The translations under genes were made by a program, and so were the position numbers. From NCBI GenBank assembly GCA_019744845.1, contig JAIETW010000001.1, positions 243,999 through 280,175 on the forward strand: 36,177 bases of DNA, given 5' to 3'. How positions within the stretch are numbered: the stretch's first letter is position 1; each line of letters begins with the position of its first letter. The notes beneath the pieces were generated by a model. It worked only from the letters and a program-made list of their open reading frames with translations, ran no database searches and was not told the origin of the DNA. This document shows positions 10,862 through 19,169 of the stretch, in pieces. The stretch comes from Patescibacteria group bacterium (lineage in GTDB: Bacteria > Patescibacteriota > Minisyncoccia > Phycocordibacterales > Phycocordibacteraceae).

Positions 10862-11999
10862 AACAAGCTGCGACGAGACCGCCATCACCATACTTGAGGC
10901 GACAGGCGGAGAGGGTGATGCCACCTTTCGTATTCGCGGGAATGCACTGCTCTCACAAATAGATATTCATAAAGAGTACGGTGGTGTGTTTCCTGCACTT
11001 GCCAAGCGTGCGCATGCAATAAATCTCACCCCGCTCCTGACTGCCGCACTCAAAGATGCCGATATGCTTAACGAGGGATCAGTCTCTCTTTCTCCCGACG
11101 CCGCAACCTTTCTTGCTCGTGAGTATGAGCTCGCAGAAGAATTGAAGGCATTTCTGAGCGCCCACGCCACTCCTGATATAGACGTGATTGCAGTCACGTA
11201 TGGTCCTGGTCTTGAGCCCGCGCTCTGGGTAGGCGTGAACTTCGCGCAGGCACTCGCTCGTGCCTGGAACAAACCGCTTGTCCCTGTAGATCACATGGAA
11301 GGACACTTGCTCGCCTCTCTTGTAGAGGGTGATCTAAAAGAATTCACGTTGCGTGGCGTTGATCTTCCTGTGCTTTCACTTCTCGTCTCGGGAGGACACA
11401 CGGAACTGATACAGATGCCTTCATGGCTCTCCTACACACTCCTCGGTTCTACGCGCGATGACGCAGTAGGTGAAGCATTTGATAAGGTTGCGCGTATTCT
11501 TGGGCTTCCGTATCCAGGAGGACCAGAAGTATCAAAGCTTGCAGAACGTATGCGAGGCACACCCTCTACCGTGACGCTTCCACGCCCTATGATCACGTCT
11601 GATGATCTGGATTTCTCCTACAGCGGACTCAAAACTGCAGTGTTGTATATGGTGAAAGGTCGCGAGCTCTCAGAAGACGAGAAAGCAACGATTGCACGTG
11701 AGTTTGAAGACGCAGCAATAGACGTACTCTGGGCAAAGTCATCTCGTGCACTGCAAGAGAGTGGTGCAAAAACGCTTGCGGTTGGTGGAGGGGTATCTGC
11801 AAACACACACTTGCGACGCTTCTTTGCAGAAAAGATTGCACACGAGTATCCAGAGGTTACACTTCGTTTCCCTCCTACTGGCTTCACTGGAGACAATGCC
11901 ATCATGATCGGCGTGGCCGGATATTTCCGCGCCCTTCGGAAGGAGTTTGCGGAGCCAGGAACCGTTCGTGCCTCAGGGACCCTTGCCCTCCATCAATAG
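10842..11999 (+). CDS. tsaD: tRNA N6-adenosine threonylcarbamoyltransferase TsaD
   Basis: MKILAIETSCDETA, GPGL, HMEGH, VSGGHTEL, DDAVGEAFDK, FSYSGLKTA, GGVSAN, DNAIMI. Confidence 0.97.
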   Translation: MKILAIETSCDETAITILEATGGEGDATFRIRGNALLSQIDIHKEYGGVFPALAKRAHAINLTPLLTAALKDADMLNEGSVSLSPDAATFLAREYELAEELKAFLSAHATPDIDVIAVTYGPGLEPALWVGVNFAQALARAWNKPLVPVDHMEGHLLASLVEGDLKEFTLRGVDLPVLSLLVSGGHTELIQMPSWLSYTLLGSTRDDAVGEAFDKVARILGLPYPGGPEVSKLAERMRGTPSTVTLPRPMITSDDLDFSYSGLKTAVLYMVKGRELSEDEKATIAREFEDAAIDVLWAKSSRALQESGAKTLAVGGGVSANTHLRRFFAEKIAHEYPEVTLRFPPTGFTGDNAIMIGVAGYFRALRKEFAEPGTVRASGTLALHQ

Positions 12000-12027
12000 G
12001 AGGTATCTGGTACACTTGGCTTCACAT

Positions 12028-14205
12028 ATGGACGAAAAGTTCAAAAAACCCTACGACCCGGCCGCTACAGAACCGCGTATCTATGCGGAATGGGAGAAGA
12101 GCGGGTACTTTAATCCCGACAACCTTCCTGGGGAACGCTCCGATACCTATACGATCATGATGCCGCCGCCAAATGCGACCGGCGTGCTTCACATGGGTCA
12201 TGCGCTTGGTCTCACGATTGAAGATATCCTCATTCGCTATAACCGCCTCCGCGGAAAGGCTACACTCTGGCTTCCAGGTACTGACCATGCCGCAATTGCG
12301 ACTCAGTCAAAGGTGGAGAAAGATATTCAGAAGACGGAAAAGAAAAATCGTCATGATCTTGGACGCGAAGAACTTCTTCGCAGGATTGGAGAGTTTGTAG
12401 AAGAAAGTCGCGCCACCATTCAAGGACAGGTACGTGTCATGGGTGCATCCTGTGACTGGTCACGAGAAGCATTCACGCTTGATATCGCACGTAATCGCGC
12501 CGTGAACGAACTCTTTAAGCGCATGTACACGGCGGGTCTCATTTACCGTGGACACCGCATTGTGAACTGGGATCCAAAAGGTCAGACCACTATTTCTGAT
12601 GATGAGATTGTGTATGAAGAACGTAAGGAGAAGTTTTACTATTTGAAGTACGGTCCGTTCACTATTGGCACGGCACGCCCTGAGACCAAGTTCGGTGATA
12701 AGTATGTGGTGATGCATCCAAATGATGCTCGGTACTCAGAATTCAAAGACGGGCAAAAGATTGATTTGGAATGGATCAATGGCCCTATCACTGCGACCGT
12801 CGTTAAGGACGAGGCAATTGATATGGAGTTTGGTACGGGAGTGATGACGATTACGCCATGGCATGACGTCACTGACTTTGAAATTGCCGAGCGCCACAAC
12901 CTTGATAAGGAACAGATCATAGATGAGCGCGGGAAGCTCCTCCCCGTTGCAGGTGAGTTTGCAGGTATAAAGATCACTGAGGCGCGCGAGAAGATCATTG
13001 AAAAGCTCCGTGTGAAAGGACTGGTAGAAAAGGAGGAGGACTACGTACATAACGTGGCAACTGCAGAGCGTACCGGAGGAATGGTTGAGCCACAGATCAA
13101 ACTCCAGTGGTTTATTGGAGTGAACCGCCCGTTCACGATAGATCACTCAGAGATTCCTGGAATTGAGGCGGGTAGCACCGTCACGCTTAAGGAAATTATG
13201 CGCGCATCCGTCGCAGACGGTGGTGTGCGCATTGTGCCCGATCACTTTAATAAGACGTACTTCCACTGGATAGATAACCTTCGTGACTGGTGTATCAGCC
13301 GCCAGATCTGGTACGGACATCGTGTGCCTGTATGGTATCGCGGCGAAGAGGTTGCAGTCGGAGAAGCACCGACTGGTGAAGGGTGGACGCAAGATGAGGA
13401 CACGCTTGATACGTGGTTCTCCTCTGGTGCGTGGACCTTTTCTACACTCGGATGGCCCGATATCACAGGCGACCTCCGCCGCTTCCATCCTACGAACGTA
13501 CTTGAGACTGGCTACGACATTCTTTTCTTCTGGATTGCCCGCATGATTCTCATGAGCGGGTTTGCGCTCGGGCAGGTTCCCTTCCGCGATGTATACCTCC
13601 ACGGCATCGTGCGTGACGCGCAGGGTCGCAAGTTCTCTAAATCTCTTGGAAACGGTATTGATCCTATTGATGTGGCACAGAAGTATGGTGCGGACGCCGC
13701 ACGCATGAGCCTTATCGTCGGTAACACCCCAGGAACTGATTTCCGTCTTTCGGAAGACAAGATTAAAGGCTACAAACACTTCGCAAATAAGCTCTGGAAC
13801 ATTGCACGCTTTGTGTTTGAAAACGGGAAGTTTGATGGAGATGTGTCTCACGGCACAATCACCGAGGCAGATACCACACTTCTTTCTGAGTTTGAAACCC
13901 TCGCCACAGAAGTGACGAAAGATATTGATGAATACCGCATCTACATGGCTGCTGAGAAGCTCTATCACTATATCTGGAGTCGTTTTGCCGCAGAGATTCT
14001 TGAAGAGAGTAAACTTCTCATCAAAGAGGGCGGGCCTGCTGCTGAATCTCGCCAGACCACATTGGTACATATCCTTGCGAACGTACTCATACTTCTCCAC
14101 CCATTTATGCCGTTTGTGACTGAGGAAATATGGCAGAGCATTCCCCCTCCCCCAGGCACCAAGAAGCGAGATCTTCTCATGGTTGCGTCTTGGCCGGTCA
14201 AATAG
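12028..14205 (+). CDS. valS: Valine--tRNA ligase
   Basis: PPPNATGVLHMGH, PGTDHAAIATQ, DWCISRQIWYGH, DTWFSS, GYDILFFW, KFSKS, LHPFMPFVTEEIW. Confidence 0.97.
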   Translation: MDEKFKKPYDPAATEPRIYAEWEKSGYFNPDNLPGERSDTYTIMMPPPNATGVLHMGHALGLTIEDILIRYNRLRGKATLWLPGTDHAAIATQSKVEKDIQKTEKKNRHDLGREELLRRIGEFVEESRATIQGQVRVMGASCDWSREAFTLDIARNRAVNELFKRMYTAGLIYRGHRIVNWDPKGQTTISDDEIVYEERKEKFYYLKYGPFTIGTARPETKFGDKYVVMHPNDARYSEFKDGQKIDLEWINGPITATVVKDEAIDMEFGTGVMTITPWHDVTDFEIAERHNLDKEQIIDERGKLLPVAGEFAGIKITEAREKIIEKLRVKGLVEKEEDYVHNVATAERTGGMVEPQIKLQWFIGVNRPFTIDHSEIPGIEAGSTVTLKEIMRASVADGGVRIVPDHFNKTYFHWIDNLRDWCISRQIWYGHRVPVWYRGEEVAVGEAPTGEGWTQDEDTLDTWFSSGAWTFSTLGWPDITGDLRRFHPTNVLETGYDILFFWIARMILMSGFALGQVPFRDVYLHGIVRDAQGRKFSKSLGNGIDPIDVAQKYGADAARMSLIVGNTPGTDFRLSEDKIKGYKHFANKLWNIARFVFENGKFDGDVSHGTITEADTTLLSEFETLATEVTKDIDEYRIYMAAEKLYHYIWSRFAAEILEESKLLIKEGGPAAESRQTTLVHILANVLILLHPFMPFVTEEIWQSIPPPPGTKKRDLLMVASWPVK

Positions 14206-14222
14206 CCTGCTAGAATGGTCTC

Positions 14223-14936
14223 ATGCCTGCGGGAGAGACCATTGCGTACGCACTTATTGGTGGAGTTCTGCCCGCCCTGGTGTGGCTTGACTTCCTTCTT
14301 CAGGAAGATCGTCGTTGTCCTGAACCACGCTGGCTGGTCGCAGTCGCCTTTATCGTCGGTATGGTCTGTGTGCCGCTTGTCATTCCGCTAGAACACATTG
14401 CCTACGAGCGCCTTCCTGAAGGTCTTCCTACCATCATTGCGTGGTCAATGATTGAGGAGACGATGAAGTATCTGCTTGCGGCAATCTTCGTGCTTTCCCA
14501 TGCCGCAGCTCGCCAATCCACGCACATTGTGACCTCCATGATCACGGTTGCGCTCGGATTTGCCGCCGCAGAAAACGCCTTCTTCCTCATTGATCCTATT
14601 TCTCAGGGTCAGTTTATTGATGGTCTCGTTACTGGAAACCTTCGCTTCGTTGGTGCCACTCTTCTTCATGTGGTGGCATCATCTGCGATTGGATTTGCAC
14701 TTGCATTCTCTTTGAATTCAAGTCGCCGAGTACGTATGGCGGCCGCATCGTTCGGACTTATCCTTGCAATCGCATTGCATGCGCTATTTAACTACTTTAT
14801 TATTCAAGAAGATGGCTCTCACACGCTCCTCGCGTTCTTTACGGTGTGGACCGGAGCAGTCGTCTTCTTTGCCGCGTTTGAAGTCTTAAAATATTTCAGA
14901 TACCGTAACTTACCAGCGAATACTTGCGAAACATGA
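14223..14936 (+). CDS. PrsW family intramembrane metalloprotease
   Basis: PEP, IEETMK, ALGFAAAEN, LLH, LHALFN motifs in a multi-TM protein. Confidence 0.9.
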   Translation: MPAGETIAYALIGGVLPALVWLDFLLQEDRRCPEPRWLVAVAFIVGMVCVPLVIPLEHIAYERLPEGLPTIIAWSMIEETMKYLLAAIFVLSHAAARQSTHIVTSMITVALGFAAAENAFFLIDPISQGQFIDGLVTGNLRFVGATLLHVVASSAIGFALAFSLNSSRRVRMAAASFGLILAIALHALFNYFIIQEDGSHTLLAFFTVWTGAVVFFAAFEVLKYFRYRNLPANTCET

Positions 14937-15424
14937 AAAAGCGCTCTTTCTTCCAGAAGCTCACCGGTGGCGTTCCTCTGAACGACGATTTTGACGATTT
15001 TGAGGAAGAACAGGATCCCGCCCCACGTCCAGGGCTTCCAGGACGCGAGCAGGCAGCACAGCGCGTGATGTCCTACCACGAAGAAGAGCCTACCGAAGGT
15101 CAGCTCCCTATTGATATGTATCAGACGCAGGATGAGATCATCATCCGCACCTTTATCGCTGGCGTACGTCCTGATGAAATGAATGTCTCCATTAGCCGCG
15201 ACATGGTGGTGATTGAAGGATCACGTCAGGAGCGTGAGCAGGTCACCGATGGCGACTACTTTAGCCGTGAACTCTTCTGGGGATCATTCACACGAACCAT
15301 TCTTCTTCCCGAAGAAGTAGACGTAGATACCTGTACCGCAACGGCAAAGGATGGTCTTTTGACCCTCGTGCTTCCAAAGCTTGATAAGGCACGTCAGACC
15401 AAGCTTAAGGTTCGCGTAGGCTAA
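14933..15424 (+). CDS. Hsp20/alpha-crystallin small heat shock protein
   Basis: GQLPIDMYQT, ELFWGSFTRTILLP, AKDGLLTLVLPK; ATGA overlap with the prsW-like stop. Confidence 0.93.
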   Translation: MKKRSFFQKLTGGVPLNDDFDDFEEEQDPAPRPGLPGREQAAQRVMSYHEEEPTEGQLPIDMYQTQDEIIIRTFIAGVRPDEMNVSISRDMVVIEGSRQEREQVTDGDYFSRELFWGSFTRTILLPEEVDVDTCTATAKDGLLTLVLPKLDKARQTKLKVRVG

Positions 15425-16518
15425 AGCACTTTTGTCTCAAGTGGTGGCGGTGTATTCACCTGCATCACCGTAAATCCGATTCGCCCGATGGTCTGCCCAC
15501 CGGGCGTTTCTACAGACACTCTCCACTTCCCAGTAACAAGATTTGATTTCCAGGAGTAGCCACGGTATCCGCCTTCTCGTCCTCCCGTCATCGGGAATGA
15601 GACATTACTTTCAGTAATCCAGCGGCGAGACGTTGGATTGTAATATTCCCATCGGTGCACGATCGCACCTCCACGAAGATTGCCTGGTGCGGCAACCGCA
15701 CTATATGCATACAACGTTTCTCCTGGTGTGGTCTCTATGGTTTCTTCAAAGACCCACCATGGCTCAGGTGCCTCGTCAGTGACTCTGTAGCCGTTCCCTT
15801 CACGTACGAGTGAGTGATAGATGCCTGCGTCTTTAAGCGCGAGCGGAATAGGAGGAATGAGGCCCGCAAAATAGGAAACATTAACCACCAAAAGCACTGC
15901 GGCAGTGGTGATCATCACGCTTCGTACTTCTCCTCGAAAGCGTGCGGGATTGAATACCGAAAGAACCCACAAGAAAAGAGCGAACACCCCTACTGCAATT
16001 CCGGTACTTCCAAGAAACGACCACGGACCTATGAAACCAGTGTAGAACGGGAAGGCGAACACTGCGTAGGCGTACAGCGCAAAGAAAAGTAGGGTCGTCT
16101 GGAAGATAAGAAAGTGCTTATACATGCGAAAGTATTCATTCCCTGCATAGATAAGTCCGAGAATAATAAGGAAAGGCCATGAGACGAGAATGACAGAATG
16201 TGTTGCATAGAACACGGTGAATCCAGAGAAGAGGCCTCCGAATGCATACTGCACTGCAAGCGGGAAAAGTACCGAGAGTGCTTTCTTCCATCTGATCTCT
16301 GAGTCATGACAGGAGGCCGTCGCGTGCGCACCAAGCACCGACACGACGGCGAGTGTGAGATACCCTGCAAATACGAGTACTACTATTGAGAGTGGCAAAA
16401 GCCCAAAGGTAAGAAAGTCAGTGACGAATCCGAACGCGAAAAGGACCGCGCCTAGTTTGCGTTCATTTCTCGCTGCAAATGAAAGTATCCTATCGAAGAG
16501 GTTCATCGATGGACTCAT
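15421..16518 (-). CDS. DUF2914-like membrane protein
   Basis: Multi-TM N-terminus plus C-terminal HRW...GGREGGYRGYS.K...GKWRVSVET..G..IGR..F. Start is 16518 or 16506. Confidence 0.8.
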   Translation of the reverse strand: MSPSMNLFDRILSFAARNERKLGAVLFAFGFVTDFLTFGLLPLSIVVLVFAGYLTLAVVSVLGAHATASCHDSEIRWKKALSVLFPLAVQYAFGGLFSGFTVFYATHSVILVSWPFLIILGLIYAGNEYFRMYKHFLIFQTTLLFFALYAYAVFAFPFYTGFIGPWSFLGSTGIAVGVFALFLWVLSVFNPARFRGEVRSVMITTAAVLLVVNVSYFAGLIPPIPLALKDAGIYHSLVREGNGYRVTDEAPEPWWVFEETIETTPGETLYAYSAVAAPGNLRGGAIVHRWEYYNPTSRRWITESNVSFPMTGGREGGYRGYSWKSNLVTGKWRVSVETPGGQTIGRIGFTVMQVNTPPPLETKVL

Positions 16519-16519
16519 G

Positions 16520-16592
16520 TGCTTGGACCCGGGCTCGAACCGGGGACCCCTTCCTCTTCAGGGAAGTGCTCTACCAACTGAGCTATCCAAGC
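16520..16592 (-). tRNA. tRNA-Phe(GAA), CCA not encoded
   Basis: gcttgga-tagctcagttggtagagc-cttcc CTGAAGA ggaag-ggttcgagcc-tccaagc A. Confidence 0.95.
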
Positions 16593-16634
16593 AGGTACGG
16601 GGTACTGTACCTTAAAACCCCGTCTCCGTGAAGT

Positions 16635-16907
16635 CTACATTCCGAACTGTTCCCGGTACTGCTCAAAGAGGCGCTGGAAGTCCTCAGGACGCATTTCTGC
16701 GGCTCCGGTAAACATGTTCAAGAGCGGTGCAAGATACGTCATCGTGATGTAATAGCCACCTGCAAAGATGACGAGCCAGATAACTATACGGATGACACCA
16801 TGAATAAATGCGTCCCGACGCATCGCCTTAAGTATCTTGTTGTTCTCGCGTGTGAGACGAAGAGTCTCCTTTGCCATCTCACCAATTGATTCTGTTTCTT
16901 CGTACAT
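16635..16907 (-). CDS. Small hypothetical membrane protein (coiled coil + TM)
   Basis: MYEETESIGEMAKETLRLTRENNKILKAMRR followed by a TM segment; TATACT 7 nt before ATG 16907. Confidence 0.75.
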   Translation of the reverse strand: MYEETESIGEMAKETLRLTRENNKILKAMRRDAFIHGVIRIVIWLVIFAGGYYITMTYLAPLLNMFTGAAEMRPEDFQRLFEQYREQFGM

Positions 16908-16932
16908 AGCCAAAAGTATAGCACTCCACTAG

Positions 16933-17004
16933 TGCCACCAGTAGGAATCGAACCTACATCTAGGGCTTAGGAGTCCCTTGTTCTATCCATTGAACTATGG
17001 CGGC
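16933..17004 (-). tRNA. tRNA-Arg(CCT), CCA not encoded
   Basis: gccgcca-tagttcaatggatagaac-aggga CTCCTAA gccct-ggttcgattcc-tggtggc A. Confidence 0.95.
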
Positions 17005-17664
17005 TTATGAGGATACTACCCTTTCACGACAATCTTTTCCAATAAGGGAGATTATTGATTGGATAAGAAGTCTGTCTCGTATTCCTGAAATCACTCGCAC
17101 CCTGCACATACCATACGGTAGTTTCCCCTTCTTCTTTCCTTCAATGATCTCTACTCTTTTGATTGATTTAAGAGGCATCCCAATTGTACGAGCCCAGTAA
17201 ACTTTCGCTGGCGTCACCGCGACATCGGTGTGGGTTCTAATAGAAATAGAGAGGCGTTCTTTTGAGATACCTATTGCCCTCAGAGAACATATGAAAGTCT
17301 GAATGAGTGCCGGATCAGAATTGATAATGGAGAAATCACGTTTTGTACCTTCCCCCCAATACAGTGCGACGAGTAAAAGCAAAAGATCTCGTTTTGAAAT
17401 AGCCCCTACTAATGCACGAGCTTCATTTGTTATGTGTTCTCTGAGGGCGGCGGCTCTTTGTTTTGATCCTCCTTGTTTTTGTTTCAATGCCTCTCTAAAT
17501 TTCTCAGGCACTACTACACTTTTAATATGACGTTGCACTGTTGTCTTAGCAATTCCAGTTTCGCGAGAGATTTCTGGAATACTCTTCCCATTCATTCGTA
17601 AATTTACCAGTTGCCTATGAATAGATTGAGGCAATTTGTTCATGTATATGAATATAGCACTCAT
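17005..17664 (-). CDS. HTH + LAGLIDADG/DOD homing-endonuclease-like protein
   Basis: N-terminal HTH (GKSIPEISRETGIAKTTVQRHI), LLVALYWGEG (LAGLIDADG-helix-like), INSDP..I..F, YW, PYGMCRVRV. Lys/Arg-rich, in AT-rich DNA. The start may be 17643. Confidence 0.65.
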   Translation of the reverse strand: MSAIFIYMNKLPQSIHRQLVNLRMNGKSIPEISRETGIAKTTVQRHIKSVVVPEKFREALKQKQGGSKQRAAALREHITNEARALVGAISKRDLLLLLVALYWGEGTKRDFSIINSDPALIQTFICSLRAIGISKERLSISIRTHTDVAVTPAKVYWARTIGMPLKSIKRVEIIEGKKKGKLPYGMCRVRVISGIRDRLLIQSIISLIGKDCRERVVSS

Positions 17665-17701
17665 ATACTAGGAATCTTTTGATTTATCCACTAAATATAT
17701 A

Positions 17702-17740
17702 AAGAAGCCCCACGATGTTTAATCATGGGGGTTTCTTTTG
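17702..17740 (-). terminator. Intrinsic terminator-like hairpin downstream of glutaredoxin
   Basis: aagaagcccca..gat / atc..tgggggtttctt inverted repeat with A/T-rich flanks. Confidence 0.65.
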
Positions 17741-17752
17741 TAAGGAGTGGTT

Positions 17753-18007
17753 TTACATTCCTGGCTCGCCTCCGGTGCCAAAGAGCTCGTCAAAGCGACG
17801 CTTGTCAAAGCCGATGATCATTTCATCACCGACAAAGATGACTGGTACACCCATCTGACCGCTCTTCTCAATCATCTCGGCACGCTTCTCCTGATCTGCA
17901 GCCACGTTGATGTCCGTGTACTCAATACCGTTGGCATTGAAGTACTCCTTACTCATCTGGCAGAAGTGACAGGTTGGCGTGCTGTAAATGGTTACTTTCT
18001 TATCCAT
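17753..18007 (-). CDS. Glutaredoxin-like (NrdH/YruB-type) redoxin
   Basis: YSTPTCHFC (CxxC), SGQMGVPVI, IGFD. Confidence 0.93.
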   Translation of the reverse strand: MDKKVTIYSTPTCHFCQMSKEYFNANGIEYTDINVAADQEKRAEMIEKSGQMGVPVIFVGDEMIIGFDKRRFDELFGTGGEPGM

Positions 18008-18048
18008 AGTGATATTTCGTTATGTCTCCGAGAGTATATCACCCCCAG

Positions 18049-18057
18049 TTATCCACA
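18049..18057. promoter_or_regulatory. Perfect DnaA-box consensus TTATCCACA, 10 nt upstream of the glutaredoxin -10 (TATACT, 18033-18038, minus strand)
   Basis: Exact match to TTATNCACA; function is inferred only. Confidence 0.4.
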
Positions 18058-18058
18058 G

Positions 18059-18724
18059 CTATGGGGACGGGTTACCGGGCACCGAAAACCAGACAAACGT
18101 CTCATTGGGACCCTCTTCGGTACCGCTCACAGTAAAACCTGCCTCAACCAGACGTGCTAATCGCTTCTGGCGATCTTTTACATTGTGATCATAAAACCCC
18201 ACCACAAGTGCTCCTCCAGGACTTACGCGTGAATAGAGGTCCTTCACAAATTCAATCTCTTTTGATTTCTCTAGTTTCAAATGATCCCATGCGTTCCAGT
18301 ACACGACATCAAATGTCTTCTGAAGGCTCTCCAGATCCTCTACGGAATGTACGAAGTGTGATTCTTTTCCTGGAAAGAGTTTTTGAGCATCACGTACTCG
18401 TTCTTTTCTCTTATCAAGACCGTACGGTTCTATCGTATGTGTAGACCATTCCTGGAGTGAGCGTAGTAAAAGACCGTTCGCACTTCCATAATCAAGTACG
18501 GAAACAGTCGCCTTGTCTCCTGCAATACGATCAATAATTCCTGCAATTGGTTTCCTTCCCTTCTCCCACCATGCCCACAACTTTTCTGCAGAATCTCGCC
18601 AACTGGTAACGATCTCACTCCCCTTCAATATACGTTGAAGTTTTGCACGATTCGTACGTATATCGTCAAACGTTTCGTCTCGCGACGAGGGACCTCCTTG
18701 ATAAGGAAATTCATTGAGCTTCAT
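18059..18724 (-). CDS. Class I SAM-dependent methyltransferase-like protein
   Basis: Motif I-like VLDYGSANG, YGLD, FDVVYWN, VSPGGALVV. The only Met is the first, and it overlaps the tRNA-Gly CCA. Confidence 0.75.
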   Translation of the reverse strand: MKLNEFPYQGGPSSRDETFDDIRTNRAKLQRILKGSEIVTSWRDSAEKLWAWWEKGRKPIAGIIDRIAGDKATVSVLDYGSANGLLLRSLQEWSTHTIEPYGLDKRKERVRDAQKLFPGKESHFVHSVEDLESLQKTFDVVYWNAWDHLKLEKSKEIEFVKDLYSRVSPGGALVVGFYDHNVKDRQKRLARLVEAGFTVSGTEEGPNETFVWFSVPGNPSP

Positions 18725-18797
18725 GGTGCGGGATACGAGAATCGAACTCGTGCTTATTGCTTGGGAAGCAATCGTCCTGCCACTAAACTAATCCCGC
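18724..18797 (-). tRNA. tRNA-Gly(CCC), CCA encoded
   Basis: gcgggat-tagtttagtggcaggac-attgc TTCCCAA gcaat-agttcgattct-atcccgc ACCA. Confidence 0.95.
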
Positions 18798-19151
18798 TCA
18801 TAGACCGAACCAACCGAACACCTTCCTCCACCACGGAAGCGGAGGACCAGCCTCTGACTGGTCTTCAACGACGATAATAACCTCTTCCCCGGGACGTGCA
18901 ACGCCATGCGCCTCCCTGAGTGTTGCTTCCTCCCCACGAGGCGTATTCAGCTCTGCAATGTTCTCAGTCAAGATCTCTTTCCGCTCTGTCAGGGATGCAA
19001 GCTCTGCCTGTGCCTCCATCGCCGCATGTCGTGCACGCTCTTCTTTCTGCATAATTCCCCACAACAACCAGAGAAGCCAAATAAGCACGAGTGCAAGAAG
19101 CGCGATAATCGCTGCTTCACGAAACCTGAGTTTCTCCTTGCGGCGGGCCAT
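18798..19151 (-). CDS. Septum formation initiator family protein (FtsB/DivIC-like)
   Basis: Basic N-terminus, single TM, coiled coil, then E...RE..G..RPGEEVIIV. Confidence 0.82.
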   Translation of the reverse strand: MARRKEKLRFREAAIIALLALVLIWLLWLLWGIMQKEERARHAAMEAQAELASLTERKEILTENIAELNTPRGEEATLREAHGVARPGEEVIIVVEDQSEAGPPLPWWRKVFGWFGL

Positions 19152-19169
19152 TACGGCCAGTATACCAAC

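Noticed and set aside
13147-14100. 317-aa minus ORF and many other short antisense or overlapping ORFs
   Set aside because: They lie within well-supported genes (valS, ahcY, groEL, lepA, etc.) and show no motifs.
16919-16937. TAGCACTC...AGTGCC resembling CIRCE (another half-site near 17655)
   Set aside because: The spacer is not 9 nt, the right arm is the tRNA acceptor end, and it is not upstream of chaperone genes.
16520-18797. Integrative element or prophage at the tRNA cluster
   Set aside because: No integrase, no duplicated tRNA 3' end (att) found by eye, and no phage genes.
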